Shown in pieces: positions 30,339 through 44,300 of a DNA stretch of 64,000 nt (within the stretch, counting starts at the first letter, position 1; every line of letters begins with the position of its first letter). The DNA is taken from the NCBI RefSeq assembly GCF_009914755.1, contig NC_060932.1; one strand, 5' to 3'. Under the pieces are notes generated by a model. It had not been told where the DNA came from, did not search any database, and saw nothing but the letters and a program-made list of their open reading frames with translations. Origin of the DNA: the human T2T-CHM13v2.0 reference genome, Homo sapiens. The position numbers were made by a program, and so were the translations under genes.

Positions 30339-31013
30339 AAAGTGGAATTTTAGAAATGTACAATTGGATAATAGGTTTAAACATTCCTTCCCTCCTGTTA
30401 TTCCTCTTTTCCCTTTCCCACATTTAAGCAGGTGGTCTGTCCTATACTTAGTTGCCTTGGAGGACATATGTGCAGAGCTATCATGGGGAGATTGAGGGCT
30501 CCGGAGTGGAATGGCTGTATGATATCTGTATGAAGAAAGGCGCTAGGCAGACATAAAGAAAAATGTCTGTGTCCCAAGAAACGCAGAACCATTGCACTGA
30601 AAGTAGCTCTAAGAGAAGGACAGGGGACATCACAATGGTACCCTGTATGCACAATCAGCATGTAGGCCCTTCCTGAATACTGTTAGACTGGGGAAGACCC
30701 TGGAATTATGACAAATTCCTATAGCTGGTGGGGAAAGACACCAAAACTGACCGGCATGAGGTTTCTAATTAGCTTGATTGTATGGAGGCTTGAACTTGAA
30801 ATTAAGTCAGTTTATAGAAAATAAAGACATCTTAATATTTAGACGAGATCCCCCCTTTACAAATATTTTGACAAGTGGTTAACAAATTTGTTGCTCTGCA
30901 AAGTAAGCAATTTGAAGAGTTACATCATTTGCCTCTCTGTTGGGAAAAGCAGTCAACTGAATTAGTTTCCATTACCTTATAATAAGGCTTTTCATGTGAA
31001 GCCCACAGACTCC

Positions 31014-31326
31014 AGCCAGGTAAGGTGACTCACACCTGTAATCTCAACATTTTGGGAGGCTGAGGCAGAGGGATTGCTTGAGGCCAGGAGTTTCAGACCA
31101 GCTTGGGCAACTTAGTGAAACCCTATCTCTACAAAATTTTTTTTCTTTTTTAAATTAGCTGGATGTGGTGGTGTGTGCCTGTAGTCCCAGCTACTCAGGA
31201 GGTTAAGGCAGGAGGATTGCTTGAGCCCCGTAGCTTGAAGTTACAGTGAGCTAGGATCACTCCACTGCACTCCAGCCTGGGCATCAGAGTGAGACCCTGT
31301 CTCTAAGAAAAAACAAACAAACAAAA
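31014..31326 (+). mobile_element. AluJ
   Basis: TSD tgaag(c/t)ccacagactcc. Confidence 0.92.
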
Positions 31327-31329
31327 CTG

Positions 31330-32070
<741 letters not shown>

Positions 32071-33194
32071 AATTGGCTTTGGGAGATAGCTGAAAGGATA
32101 AAATAGACTAGGAGCCCTTATTTTAGTTATGCGTCGTATAATTCCTAGCTGGAGTCACCTCAAAAAGAGAAGAGGCAGCAAAAAGCAGTTCCTAGCTTTT
32201 CATTTCCAGCTCCTCCCCAGCTGGAAATTTGAGGATGTAACCTAACTCTGAGAGAGTCCGACCTTCTGCACTCACTGCAGGCTCAGTACACTGTAGGAAC
32301 CCGGCAGTTTATACATCGGATGTAATAGCTTCCACCAGGAGCAGGGCTCACCAGGTTTTTGGGGCTGAAACTTCTCTGCAAGCCTTAGCTGATGACAGAT
32401 TTCCCTCTCTTCTTTCCTTGTGAGCTGGTGCCAAGATGACTTTCCACATCAATGGAAGAGCTTTAAATCTGACATTCTGAGCTTGCGGCCTCCTTTCATT
32501 TAATCAGCACCAATTTCATCCTCTGTCTTGGAATCCATTGCATTCAGGGCACAGGGCCTGTGTCATCTCACTTCCCTCTAACGCTGCCTCTGCCCTCCCT
32601 ATACTCCTTCTCCTCTGTCCACACTCCCTCCAGCAGTGTCAGAGATGATGCCACGATACTGGAGGATTCCAGCATCCAAGCCTTGCAGGCCCCTGCTGAG
32701 ACAAGCTATCAGCTTGCACTATTTGACAAAAAGAGAGCAGAAACAAAATTGAGCCAAAAGCAAAGGCCATGTGGAGTTACATCTCTGATCTTGTCATTCT
32801 TTGACCACAAAACTTGCTGACCCAGAACTCTCTTTTTCTAAGATTAACTCAATGACAAAACTTTTCAGTCTCTTTTACCTGAAAACGTTTTTACTGCACA
32901 CATCTCATTTTCTAGCTTAACTGTAGTAATGAAAATGAACATTTTACAGTTTATAAAGTGCTTCCTTTTTTTGTTGTTGTTGATCAGAGCGTAGTTTTAA
33001 TTGTATTTTTGATACACTTGTGAAATATTTTATAGAAATAAAAATTTTTACTTAGGAGCAAAAGAAGTGTGTTATCAATCCCAAGGTAACTCTCTTTAAA
33101 TGTGGACATATAAAATTCCAACTGTATGTAGAAGGGCCTCTGGTTAAATCTAAGTTGTAAGAAGGCATACTAATTAACAGAACAGATGTAAAAA

Positions 33195-33685
33195 TAATGA
33201 AATTCTGCCATTTCAGCAACATGGATGAGCCTGGAGAACATTATGTTAAAAATAAGCCAGGCACCAAAAGACAAGTACTGCATGTTCTCACTCATGTGGG
33301 AACTAAGAAATTTGATCTCACGCAGGTCTAGAGAGTATAATGATGGCTACCCGAGGCTGGGAAGGATGTGTGTCTGCGGAGGGCTGGGATGGGGGATAAA
33401 GAGAGATTGGCTAATGGCTACAAACATACAGTTAGCTAGAAGGAATAAGTTCTAATGATAGATAGGACAGTAGGGTGACTATAGTTAACAACAATGTATT
33501 GTGTATTTCAAAAGGGATAGAAAAGAATATTTGGGATGTTACCAACACAAAGAAATAATAAGTGTTTGAGGTGGTGGTACATATCCTAAATACCCTGGTT
33601 TGATCATTACCCATTATATGCATGTATCCATATATCATGTGTACCCCATATACAGGTACTACTATTATCATATATTAATTTTTAA
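33195..33685 (+). mobile_element. L1MA 3' end
   Basis: gcaacatggatgagcctggagaacattatg; gctagaaggaataagttctaat; tttgatcattac. Confidence 0.88.
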
Positions 33686-34429
33686 TAGCCACTTTGGTAT
33701 GGTCTAAGAGTAGAGGATCAGTGTTGAGGGAATGGGCAAAATGTATCATTGTACCATGCTTGTCACTTAGATCACCCTCCAGCCTGGCCCCTGAAATGCA
33801 TACCTGAATGATAGGGAGATATGCTGAAAGAGCGTTCCATTAAAATGCCTGTCACACTCAAGGATGGCAAATTTCTATACTTGAGGGTCTGTGGCCCCTC
33901 ATGAGCATATTACCAGCCAGTGGTTTCTGCAGCAACAGGAAACCACACCTGGGCAAAGACCAGCAAGCTTCATCAGCAATGGCCATTCCTTAGAATAGGC
34001 ACAGCAGGGGGACCAGCTTTACAGGAGCAGGGGCCCCTTTGCAGCAATCTTCACCTCAGTAAGTGGAGCTCAAGGAAAATGAAGGGTGCTGCATGGAACC
34101 CGAGAGTGCCGAGTTCATTGAGTACACATGAGGTTCACTTTGGGAATCCCATACAGAGCTGAAAGAGTTATGAGCATGATAAAGTGCTTTCTTAGGAATG
34201 ATTTCATTTGATTCTTAGAGCAATTGTGTACTTGCTTGCATTTCACAAATGAGATATATGAGCCCAGAAGGGTTCAAGGCTAGCTCTATAAATGCACTAG
34301 AATGAAGAGCTAACCTAGGATTCCTGCCTCCAGAGGCAATGCTAGTTCCACGGCCCTGTACTTCCTGCTATAGGAAAAGGAAAATGTGCTGACACATGAG
34401 ACCTCAGTTTGCTGGCTTGTCTGCTCTTT

Positions 34430-35080
<651 letters not shown>

Positions 35081-35179
35081 GATTTAAAAAAGGAAGGAAA
35101 ATAGTTCTGAAACTCACTTCCATCTCAAAAGTGGAGAAATAAAATATGAACCTAGATAACTTTTTGTTTATTTTTAGAC

Positions 35180-35340
35180 TGAATTGCCTGGGTCCATTGT
35201 AATCATTTGGGAAGCTTTGAAAAAATACAGATCTCTGGGCTACACAACAGACCCATTGAATCAGAATCTGCAGGAGTGGGCCCTAGGAATCTGTAATTTT
35301 TAAAACTCCCCAGATTATTCTTATTGGGAAACCACTGATT
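35180..35340. mobile_element. MER5A-like MITE
   Basis: gaatcagaatctgcaggagtgggccctaggaatctgtaatttttaaaactcccc. Confidence 0.7.
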
Positions 35341-35638
35341 TAACTCTTATGATCCCTTTTTTTGGGATATACTCTGATGGAAAAGAGATGCCACTTTCTC
35401 TGAGGCTCTTTTAACAACCCTGTGCTAGGAAACCCAAGTACGCCAGAAACTGATGGTTAGCTGAAGGCAGCCAGGTGGAAACAACCCATTTGGAGTTTGT
35501 AATACATGGAACATCAGTTGAGTCACTGGTTTGGCCTATAAGGTCACCAACAAAAAAGGCATCAGGAGATCACATCAGCGCCGATTCCCACCCCTTGGCT
35601 AATCACAGAACAATATCCTGATTCACGCTGAAAGGAAC

Positions 35639-36011
35639 TGCTGTGGTTTGAATGTGTTTTCCAAAATTCATGTGTTGGAAACAATCCTTAATGCAGTGGT
35701 GTTGGGAGGGGCCTAATGGGAGGTGTTTAGGTCATGAGGGCTCTGCTCTCATGAATGGATTAATGCCAATTATAAAAGGGCTTCTGAGAGTGAGTTTGAC
35801 CCCTTCTACCCCATGCCATGTGAGGACACAGTATATTTCCCTTCCAGAGGATGACAGCAACAAGAGTCCTTCTTGAAACCCAAGATTGAACCTTCCAGTG
35901 CCTGGATCTTGGACTTCCCAGCCTCCGGAACTGAGATAAATAAATTTCTCTTCTTTGTAAATTACCCAGTCTGTGGTATTCTGTTAGAGTAGCACCAGAT
36001 GGACTAAGACA
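35639..36011 (+). mobile_element. MST/MLT1A-type MaLR solo LTR
   Basis: tgctgtggtttgaatgtg...ggactaagaca; internal aataaa. Confidence 0.85.
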
Positions 36012-36779
36012 GAGACCTAAAATCATTCAGCATTTCTGAGAAGTTACTTCCCTTCCCTGTCTCCAGCTTCTAAATATGAAAAATATTAATAAAAGTGTAA
36101 GAAGAAACAGAGACTAAATCAGGGCTTGAACACTGGTTTCCTAAGTCCTAAACATGATTCTTCCAATATGGACTTCATTTCATAGAACTGGACTTTTTCT
36201 CTGAGAATTTTTTTTTAAACCAAATCAGGATGGCCTAGGTTGGATATAAACACATATACCTTAAGGCAAAAATGAAAAATTGGCACTTTCTTGTAATTTA
36301 TTTGCTACCAGTTTTCTTACACCAAAAACAAATTTGTTATAATGTTGAATACCCTGTTGTCTGGGCCAACTATTTAAGGGAATCAGAGACGTGTTTTCTT
36401 TCAGGCTTTTTAGAACAATAATAATGGTAGTAGTAGTTGTAGATACCTTTTATTGATCACTAATTCTGTGGCAAGAACTCCTCTCTTCACTTTTTATACA
36501 TTATCTTATTCACTCTTTACAACAACCCTCTGCAGTAAGTATTTGCTTCCATATTTTACATATAAGGAGTTGGAATTGAAGCTCTGAAAGTAACTGCTTA
36601 CTATTTATTGGGCAGCTACATGGCACAGAGTATGTAAGTGGTGAAGTTTAAAATTTGAATCTCATCTTCTGATTCTCAAACCTATGGGACCGCTGTTTCT
36701 CAGGGCTCTGTTTTGTCTTTCCCTTTGGTCCTATGCTGGCCTCCATTCTGCCTTTGGTTCTAATAACCCTTCTTTTCTT

Positions 36780-37087
<308 letters not shown>

Positions 37088-38589
37088 TAATAACATTTCT
37101 TAATATTAATTTCTCTACTTTATTTGATAAATATCCTGTCCAGAACAGGTCTCCAGAGGCTGGAGCCAGTCAGTGCGTGGGTAGGGTGCACAGGGCGGGT
37201 GGAGGGTGGAACAGGAAGGGCTAAGCTCTGGATGCCAGGGCACCTCCAGGAACAGCCACAGGGAGGCTGCTGCTCTGAGGCAGGGGAGCTGGACACATCT
37301 CCACAATGTCAGGATTTACCTCTTGAGGACAGGTGAGACAGGGTCATCACATCATAAATCTAGTGGGTCACAAGTCAAGCAACATTTCCATATAACTCAG
37401 AAACAGACCATAGTCTGAGTGAATTGAGTGAAGGGATAAAGGTAGGAAATACGAAAATATAATTAAAATTATCAGTACATTTCGAAGTTACTTTTTAAAG
37501 CATTTCCACATATATAATGTTATTGGATGCTCAATTAAATCCAGTAGCATAGCAGAGATTCTGTACTTAGAGCGGGTCAGATACTGTTGACAGCTACCGT
37601 GAGTCATCCTTCCTTTAGCCTCTCAGGAGCCCTTTCATCTCCAATCAAAGGACTGCAAACAAACCACACAGATGCTAGGCCAATTCCTGAACATAGTTCA
37701 GTGGAATACTTACATTATGTGTGCATCATTATAGAAATGGTTTCTGGGTGAGACCAAGAGTGTTACTTTTGAAAAACCTGGGGTGGCCCTTGGGGGATGA
37801 ATGTGAGGGTGTTGAGATCTTGGGAGACCTTGGGAGACCCTGGCAAACAAATGTAAAAGTTGCAGGGAAAAAAAGCGTTAAGGTGGTATGAGAAAACAAG
37901 GTAGGGAGCTGAAAAGGATTTAGTTTTATGCCAAAGGAACAGAATGTTGGAACATAACTACCCTAGATCACACGTTACAATATGATCCTTTGGGAAAGCT
38001 GCACATAATCTGGCTTCTGTATGTGAGGATAAGCCTATATCATTTTAATGGAATTTTGATAGAATACCAAAATTTAAAAGTAACAGGGCTGTGCTTCCTT
38101 CAAGAAGTAATTCTCTTCACAACCCATTTTTCATTTCAATGTGCAGTGGGGTGGCTCACTCATTGCTCTTTCTCTTTTCTTTTTCATGACCATCCTAAGT
38201 GTATTTTTTTTCCCAAAAAACAACCACTGACAACCCCAGAGCCATTGTTCCGAGCTCTTACTTCTGTGAGTGTTTCAGGTAATACTGTTCTTAGCATTCC
38301 ATGTCATCTTTCTTATCCTTTCATTTACTTTCTTGGCTGCCAAAAGTCTCCCATTTATCTGTCTCCCCTCTCTGCTGTCTGAGAGGTAATTTTTCATCCT
38401 GTCTGTTTCCTTATCCCAATGGTCCATTCATTTCCTTCAGGCTGCTTTTCCTTGCCCTCCATGCCCCCTTCATGACAGCACTTTCTCTAGTGAAGTTTTA
38501 AAGCATTCAGGAGCTGACGGCTGAAGACGGTGATTGGGTTGGAATGAGAGGATGAGCTGATTTAATAGCTATTACAGGGTTTCAAATCA

Positions 38590-39130
38590 GTCAGGGCTCT
38601 TGGCTGCACGTGATGAAAACTCAGCTCAAGCTGGCTTAGGGAGAAGGGAGTGTGTTGGGTCACTCATCAGAAAAGGGTATTTTGGTAAAGCAGAATGGAA
38701 GGAATTACTGTAGGAACCAGGACCTCTTAAACCAGAACCAGAATTCAATGCCCCTGGGTCACTGCCTCCAATTTCTCCTCCCTGTTTTGCTGATTTGTTC
38801 CACTCTGCAGACAGGATTTCTCTATATGCTGGGAAATATGGCGGCTGACTTTTAGCTCCAGATTCATACCCTCCAGCAGACAGAGGGTTCCCTCTACCCC
38901 ACCCCAACCTATCACTCCCAGGGAAAGCATGTGATTGGTTCTGCCTGGTCATGTGTTCTCTTCCTCGACCAGCCTCTGAGGCTTAGCCAGACCCGAGTCA
39001 GGAGGTGGGATGGAAAGGATTAGGATAAAGCACCGTGACTGACAACCTCACTAGAATCACTGTATGGAGACAAGTGGTTCTTCAAAGGAAAGGATGCTAG
39101 GGAGACAAAAAACAATGCATAAACCCTGCA
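38590..39130. mobile_element. Old MLT1-type LTR remnant
   Basis: gaaaactcagctcaagctggcttagg; gattggttctgcctggtcatgtg. Confidence 0.5.
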
Positions 39131-39415
39131 GAATTAAAACAATGCATTTTCAAATAATTTGTTTTCCTGCAACAGTGTACAGGGAAGAAGTTTTTTTTTT
39201 TTTTTTTTTCTGGTGTTACCCTGAATTATTCAAATTTTAAAAATTGCTTTCAGGAGAATTATAGTACAGAGGGCTCCCAAATAGTTTAAAACAACAACAA
39301 CAACATCATGTTAGATTATTTTTTCAAATGTCCACAATAATAATCCCCTTCCCCGAATCCACACTGCTTGAGTACCACCCTCTCATACTGAGTCTGGGCT
39401 TAGAAATTTGATTTG

Positions 39416-39697
39416 TGGTCAGGTACGGTGGCCCACACATGTACTCCCAGCACTTTAGGAGGCTCAGGTGGGCAGATCACTTGAGGTCAGGAGTTTGAGA
39501 CCAGCCTGGCCAACATGGCTCTACTAAAGATATAAAAATTAGCCGGGCGTGGTGGTACGCGCCTGTAATCCCAGCTACTCAGGAGGCTGAGGCAGGAGAA
39601 TCACTTGAACCTGGGAGGCGGAGGTTGCAGCGAGCCAAGATCGTGCCACTGCCCTCCAGCCTGGGCAACAGAGCGAGACTCCATCTCAAAAAAAAAA
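39416..39697 (+). mobile_element. AluS
   Basis: Dimeric Alu with a small deletion. Confidence 0.93.
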
Positions 39698-40879
39698 TTG
39701 ATTTGCTTTGGCTATTTAGGCTATTTGGACAATAACAAACATGATAAAAAGCTGAGCTTTGAACCACGTTTGTGCATTGGGGCTTGTTCTCACTTGCTGC
39801 TCTTGAAAACCCTCTTAAGCCTGGGTTAGCCTGCTAGATTGTATGTGGCACATTGTCTAGTTATGTCCATCGTCCTTGAACACAGCCACCGAATACCAGA
39901 CACGTGAGGGAGACTATGGACCACCAGCTGACCACAAATACAAGAGTGAGTGCCTGAATGTTTCCTTAAAGCACGTAGCAAGTTGTCTGCTAAATTTAAG
40001 GAGGCAGAGGGAGGGAGTATGAGCAGATTTGGGGAGAGTCTTTTAAATTAATCATTAAAAGTACAGGCACTGGTGAAGGAATTGACCAGTAGTATCAATT
40101 AGTGCTGAAGGTAGAAACCAATCTATAATTGGTTAGCGTAATCCTGTGTGTGTGAGACAATGAGAGGGTTTCTCCCATCATCATTGATCATGAAGTTTTA
40201 CCCCACATCTTAGGAAAGCATACAGGGATAGAAAAGGACAATCAGACTACAGGATCCCCTGCTGGTTGAAATTTGTACAAGCATCTATTTGATGCCAAAG
40301 ATAAAATGATGCTACACAAGAGTGCGTGCTCACCTACCTAAACACCCATTGCCATCTTTGCCAGATGTTGTGGTAAGGAAGAACTTAATTCAGCTGAACA
40401 GAACCTAGGAGAAAAATGTGAGAATGAACTCCCCATAAAGGGGCAGTGCTCTCAAGAACTTGGGAACAGGGGACTTCAAATGGAGCTGTTCTTTGAGAGT
40501 CAAATTAACAATCAGCACATAATGGACACAATGTAACTCTACAGAAGATAGAGAATGGTTCCTTAACCAAAGTAAGCTTCAACTATCACCAGGTTGATGA
40601 TAACAATATGTTTGAAGAAAACAAATAGATCAATTTTTCAGGGGAATTACTTCATTCCTGAAAGATAACATTGGCAGTGGAAAATCAGTGGCCAAACAGA
40701 CTGGAATACTTTGGTCACTATGACAGGTACATCTGCATTCTAAAATGATGCCATTAAAATATTTAGCTCATCAGATACTGTCCCTGTTCAAATCCATGCT
40801 CACCAGGCAATATTCTACACATAGTTTGCTATATGTATAAGCTGTAGAATAATTATTTATCTAAAACAGGTATCAAAAA

Positions 40880-42320
40880 TCTTCTATGCTTTAGGGATTT
40901 TTGTTTAGGTCTTGAAGATACAGGGGTGAATTAATAAAACAAAACCCCCAGCCCTCATGAAGTTTACATTTATCGTTTATTCTAACGGAGATCCATGCAT
41001 GTACGGGCACGCACACACACATGCACACACACACACACACACACACACGCATGCACACACACTACATAGTACTTTAATTGTGGGCCATGGAGAAAACTAA
41101 AGCAGAGGAGAGGTATTGGAATTGCTAGGGGTGTTTCCATTTTTGTTATGTTGGTCAGGCAAACCCTCTTTGAGAAGATCAATTTAAACAAAGACTTGAA
41201 GAAGGCGAGGAAATGAGCCATGTAGCCATCTGAGGGAAGACCGTTCTGGGCAAAGGAAGTAGCCAGTAGAAATATGTTGAAGTGGGATGGGTTTGGCTTG
41301 TTCTAGACATAACAAGGAGGCTTGTTCTAGACATAACAAGGAGTGGAGTGAGCAGGGGGGATAGTGGTAGAAAATGCGATCAGAGAGATAATGGCATGGG
41401 GCAGGGGGAAAAGGAATTACTATAGGAACCAGGACCTACAGAAGTTGCATGGGACCTTATTGTCCATTGTAATGACTGTCGTTTACTCCGATAGATGGGA
41501 AGCCATCGGGAGGTTTTGAACAGAGGGATGATGTGATCTGACAAACATAATCACTCTGACTTCTGTGTTGGGAAGAGTTTGAGGGAGGGGAGTATGCTAA
41601 TGGAAAGGAACCCCAGTTGGGAGGCTGCTGCAATGATCTAGGGAAAGAGAGGATGGTGATTTGAACTTGGATAGTAGCAATAAAGGTGGTAAAAAGTGGT
41701 CAAGTTCTAGCTATTTTTTGAAGCTAGAGCAGTGGGATTTGTCGGAGGGCATGAAGTGGTGCGTGTGAGAGAAACTGATGAGTCAAGGGCTATTCCAAGG
41801 TTGTGGGTCTGAGCAACTGATAGGACAGTTCGACTAATTATGATGGTGAAGGAGCAGAAGAGCTCATTTGTGGGTGAAGATGAGGAGGTCAGCTCTGAAG
41901 ATGGTAAATTTGAGATGTCTGTTAGATATCCCAGGGAAGATATCAATCAGTCAGCCAAGAGTTCAAGAGAAAAGTCACAGCTGGAAGGAAACATCAAGTT
42001 AAAAGTCATCAGCATGTAGATGGTATTTAAAGTCCTGAGAGTGGAAGAAATTACTATGGGAATGTAAAGACGGAAAAGAGAAGTCATGGACTAAGCCTTG
42101 GGGTATTTCAGTATTAAGAACTGGGAGATGAAGAGGAATCAACAAAGGAATTTAAGAAGGAATTTAAGAATAAGCTTCCAGTGAAGCAGGAAAAACAAAC
42201 ATCAAAGAGATTAAGAGTGAGATATTGCAGAAGCCAGGTCAAGAATTAGTCTCGGGGATGAACTAGTGATCAATTGCATTAACTGTGAGAATGTGCTGAT
42301 TAGTCAGGCCAACAAAATCA
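40880..42320 (-). mobile_element. L2a-like LINE fragment (~1.4 kb)
   Basis: ccagccctcatgaagtttacatt; ggttttgaacagagggatgatgtgatctgac; ttaaaagtcatcagcatgtagatggtatttaaa. Confidence 0.85.
41008..41063. repeat. (CA)n microsatellite
   Basis: Read directly. Confidence 0.97.
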
Positions 42321-42371
42321 TTGTGAGCCATGTGACAACTATATTTCTTATTGTAAATTAATAATTTGAAT

Positions 42372-42747
<376 letters not shown>

Positions 42748-43311
42748 TAGACTTAGTGTTCTGCATTTTGGGATGGACAAAGATTGAGAGCAAACAGAAT
42801 CTCAAGCCGTTTCTCCCCTTCCTGGCTACTCACCTAGAAGCCCAGGTAATAGACAGCCTTTCTCTTGCTTCCAGAAAGGCCCTATTTTTCTGCACTCTGT
42901 GGAGGGAAACAGCTCAGCAAGCTTGTTCACTCCCTGAACCATCACCCATACTGTCCCTTTAAACCAGAACTCTGCTTGCCACTCTCCTTTCGTAACTCTT
43001 GGGCATCCTTCTAGGCTCAGTATTTGTCACTTCGTCCAGAAATGTTTCCTGACTCCCCAATCCGAGTCCCTAATACCTGCTGCATAGCCCAATCCGGCAT
43101 CTATAAAATTGTTTCAATTGCATTCTTATTCATCTGTGTCTCCTAAGACACTGTGATAGGGCAGGAATGGTGTCTTGGATATCACTGATCTCCAGTCCCA
43201 GTCAATAAATTGGATTTCTGATTTAAGTCTCCTATGATCTGGATACTCCAAGTTGGAGCATTCAGAGCAAAGAATCTGCTTGGAGTTTCCTTAGCCAATT
43301 GGGTAAGCCCC

Positions 43312-43480
43312 AGGCTGGTGCAGTGGCTCACGCCTGTAATCTCAGCACTTTGGGCTGCTGAGATGGGAGATTTGCTTGAGCCCAGGAAGTTGAGGCTACA
43401 GTGAGCCATGATTGCACCACTGCGCTATAGCCTGGATGACAGAGTGAGACCCTGTCTGAAGGAAAAAAAAAAAAAAAAAG
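43312..43480 (+). mobile_element. FRAM-like Alu monomer
   Basis: Single monomer plus A tail. Confidence 0.8.
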
Positions 43481-43894
43481 CAAATTGGGCAAGCCTTAGG
43501 GTCTGAACCATGGTAAATTTCTGTTACTTTGTGAGGCTATTTGGCGACCACTGTGCTTGTAAAATAGCTTTAGTGACAGTTAAGCTTTGTCACAAGCAGG
43601 GTCTACTTTGAAATTCAGTCTGCACATCTGCCTCTAACCAGCCTTCCCTGTCAGAGCTCATAGATTAGCTGCCATGAAGAGTCATCCCAAATGTGTTGGG
43701 TCTTTCATGGATAGGTTCCGAAGTCATTCCTACACACCAGAGTGGATGGTGCAATGGAAGCTATGGCCCTTATCACAGATTCGGATTTGTGTAGTAGAAA
43801 AAAAGACTTGTCTGGGAACCAGGAAATTGCGGTTCTAGTTCCAGCATAATCACTTAACTCAATCTATAGTTACTAAACTTCTTGAGGCCTCAGT

Positions 43895-44300
43895 GTATTA
43901 CCTGGATACACTAGGTTACGTAGCAATAATAAATTAACAATGACCTCTCAGTGGCTTCACACAACAAAGGCTTATCTCTTGGTCCTCGTGTGTATCTATT
44001 CCAGGTCTGCGAAAAGGCTCTGTTCCCTCTGGTCACTCAGGGACCCAGCCTGATGGAGGTTCCATCACCTAGTAGTTTCTGTGGCATTTCTACCCTCCTT
44101 AACCACCAGGGGTCCAGGAAAGGAAGAGATGGAGGAGACGTGCACATGGGCTTTCACTGCCTTAATTCAGAGCTGTGCTTCACTTCTTCTCAGAGCCCAT
44201 TGGCCAGAACTTGTCATGTGACCTCGCCTAACTTTAGCTGAGCTGCGAAATATAGAGGAACAAATGGAATCTTCAATGACAATTATAGTCTAGGCCATAT
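43895..44300 (-). mobile_element. MLT1J-like LTR inserted in a MIR
   Basis: ctcagtggcttcacacaacaaagg; cccattggccagaacttgtcatgtgacc; MIR halves on both sides. Confidence 0.65.

Noticed and set aside
37600-37670. AP-1 (TGAGTCA) and RUNX-like motifs as an enhancer
   Set aside because: Short motifs are expected by chance in 64 kb; there is no independent support.
44103-44115. Second CTCF-like motif CCACCAGGGGTCC
   Set aside because: It mismatches the conserved GGC and lies in a decayed LTR.
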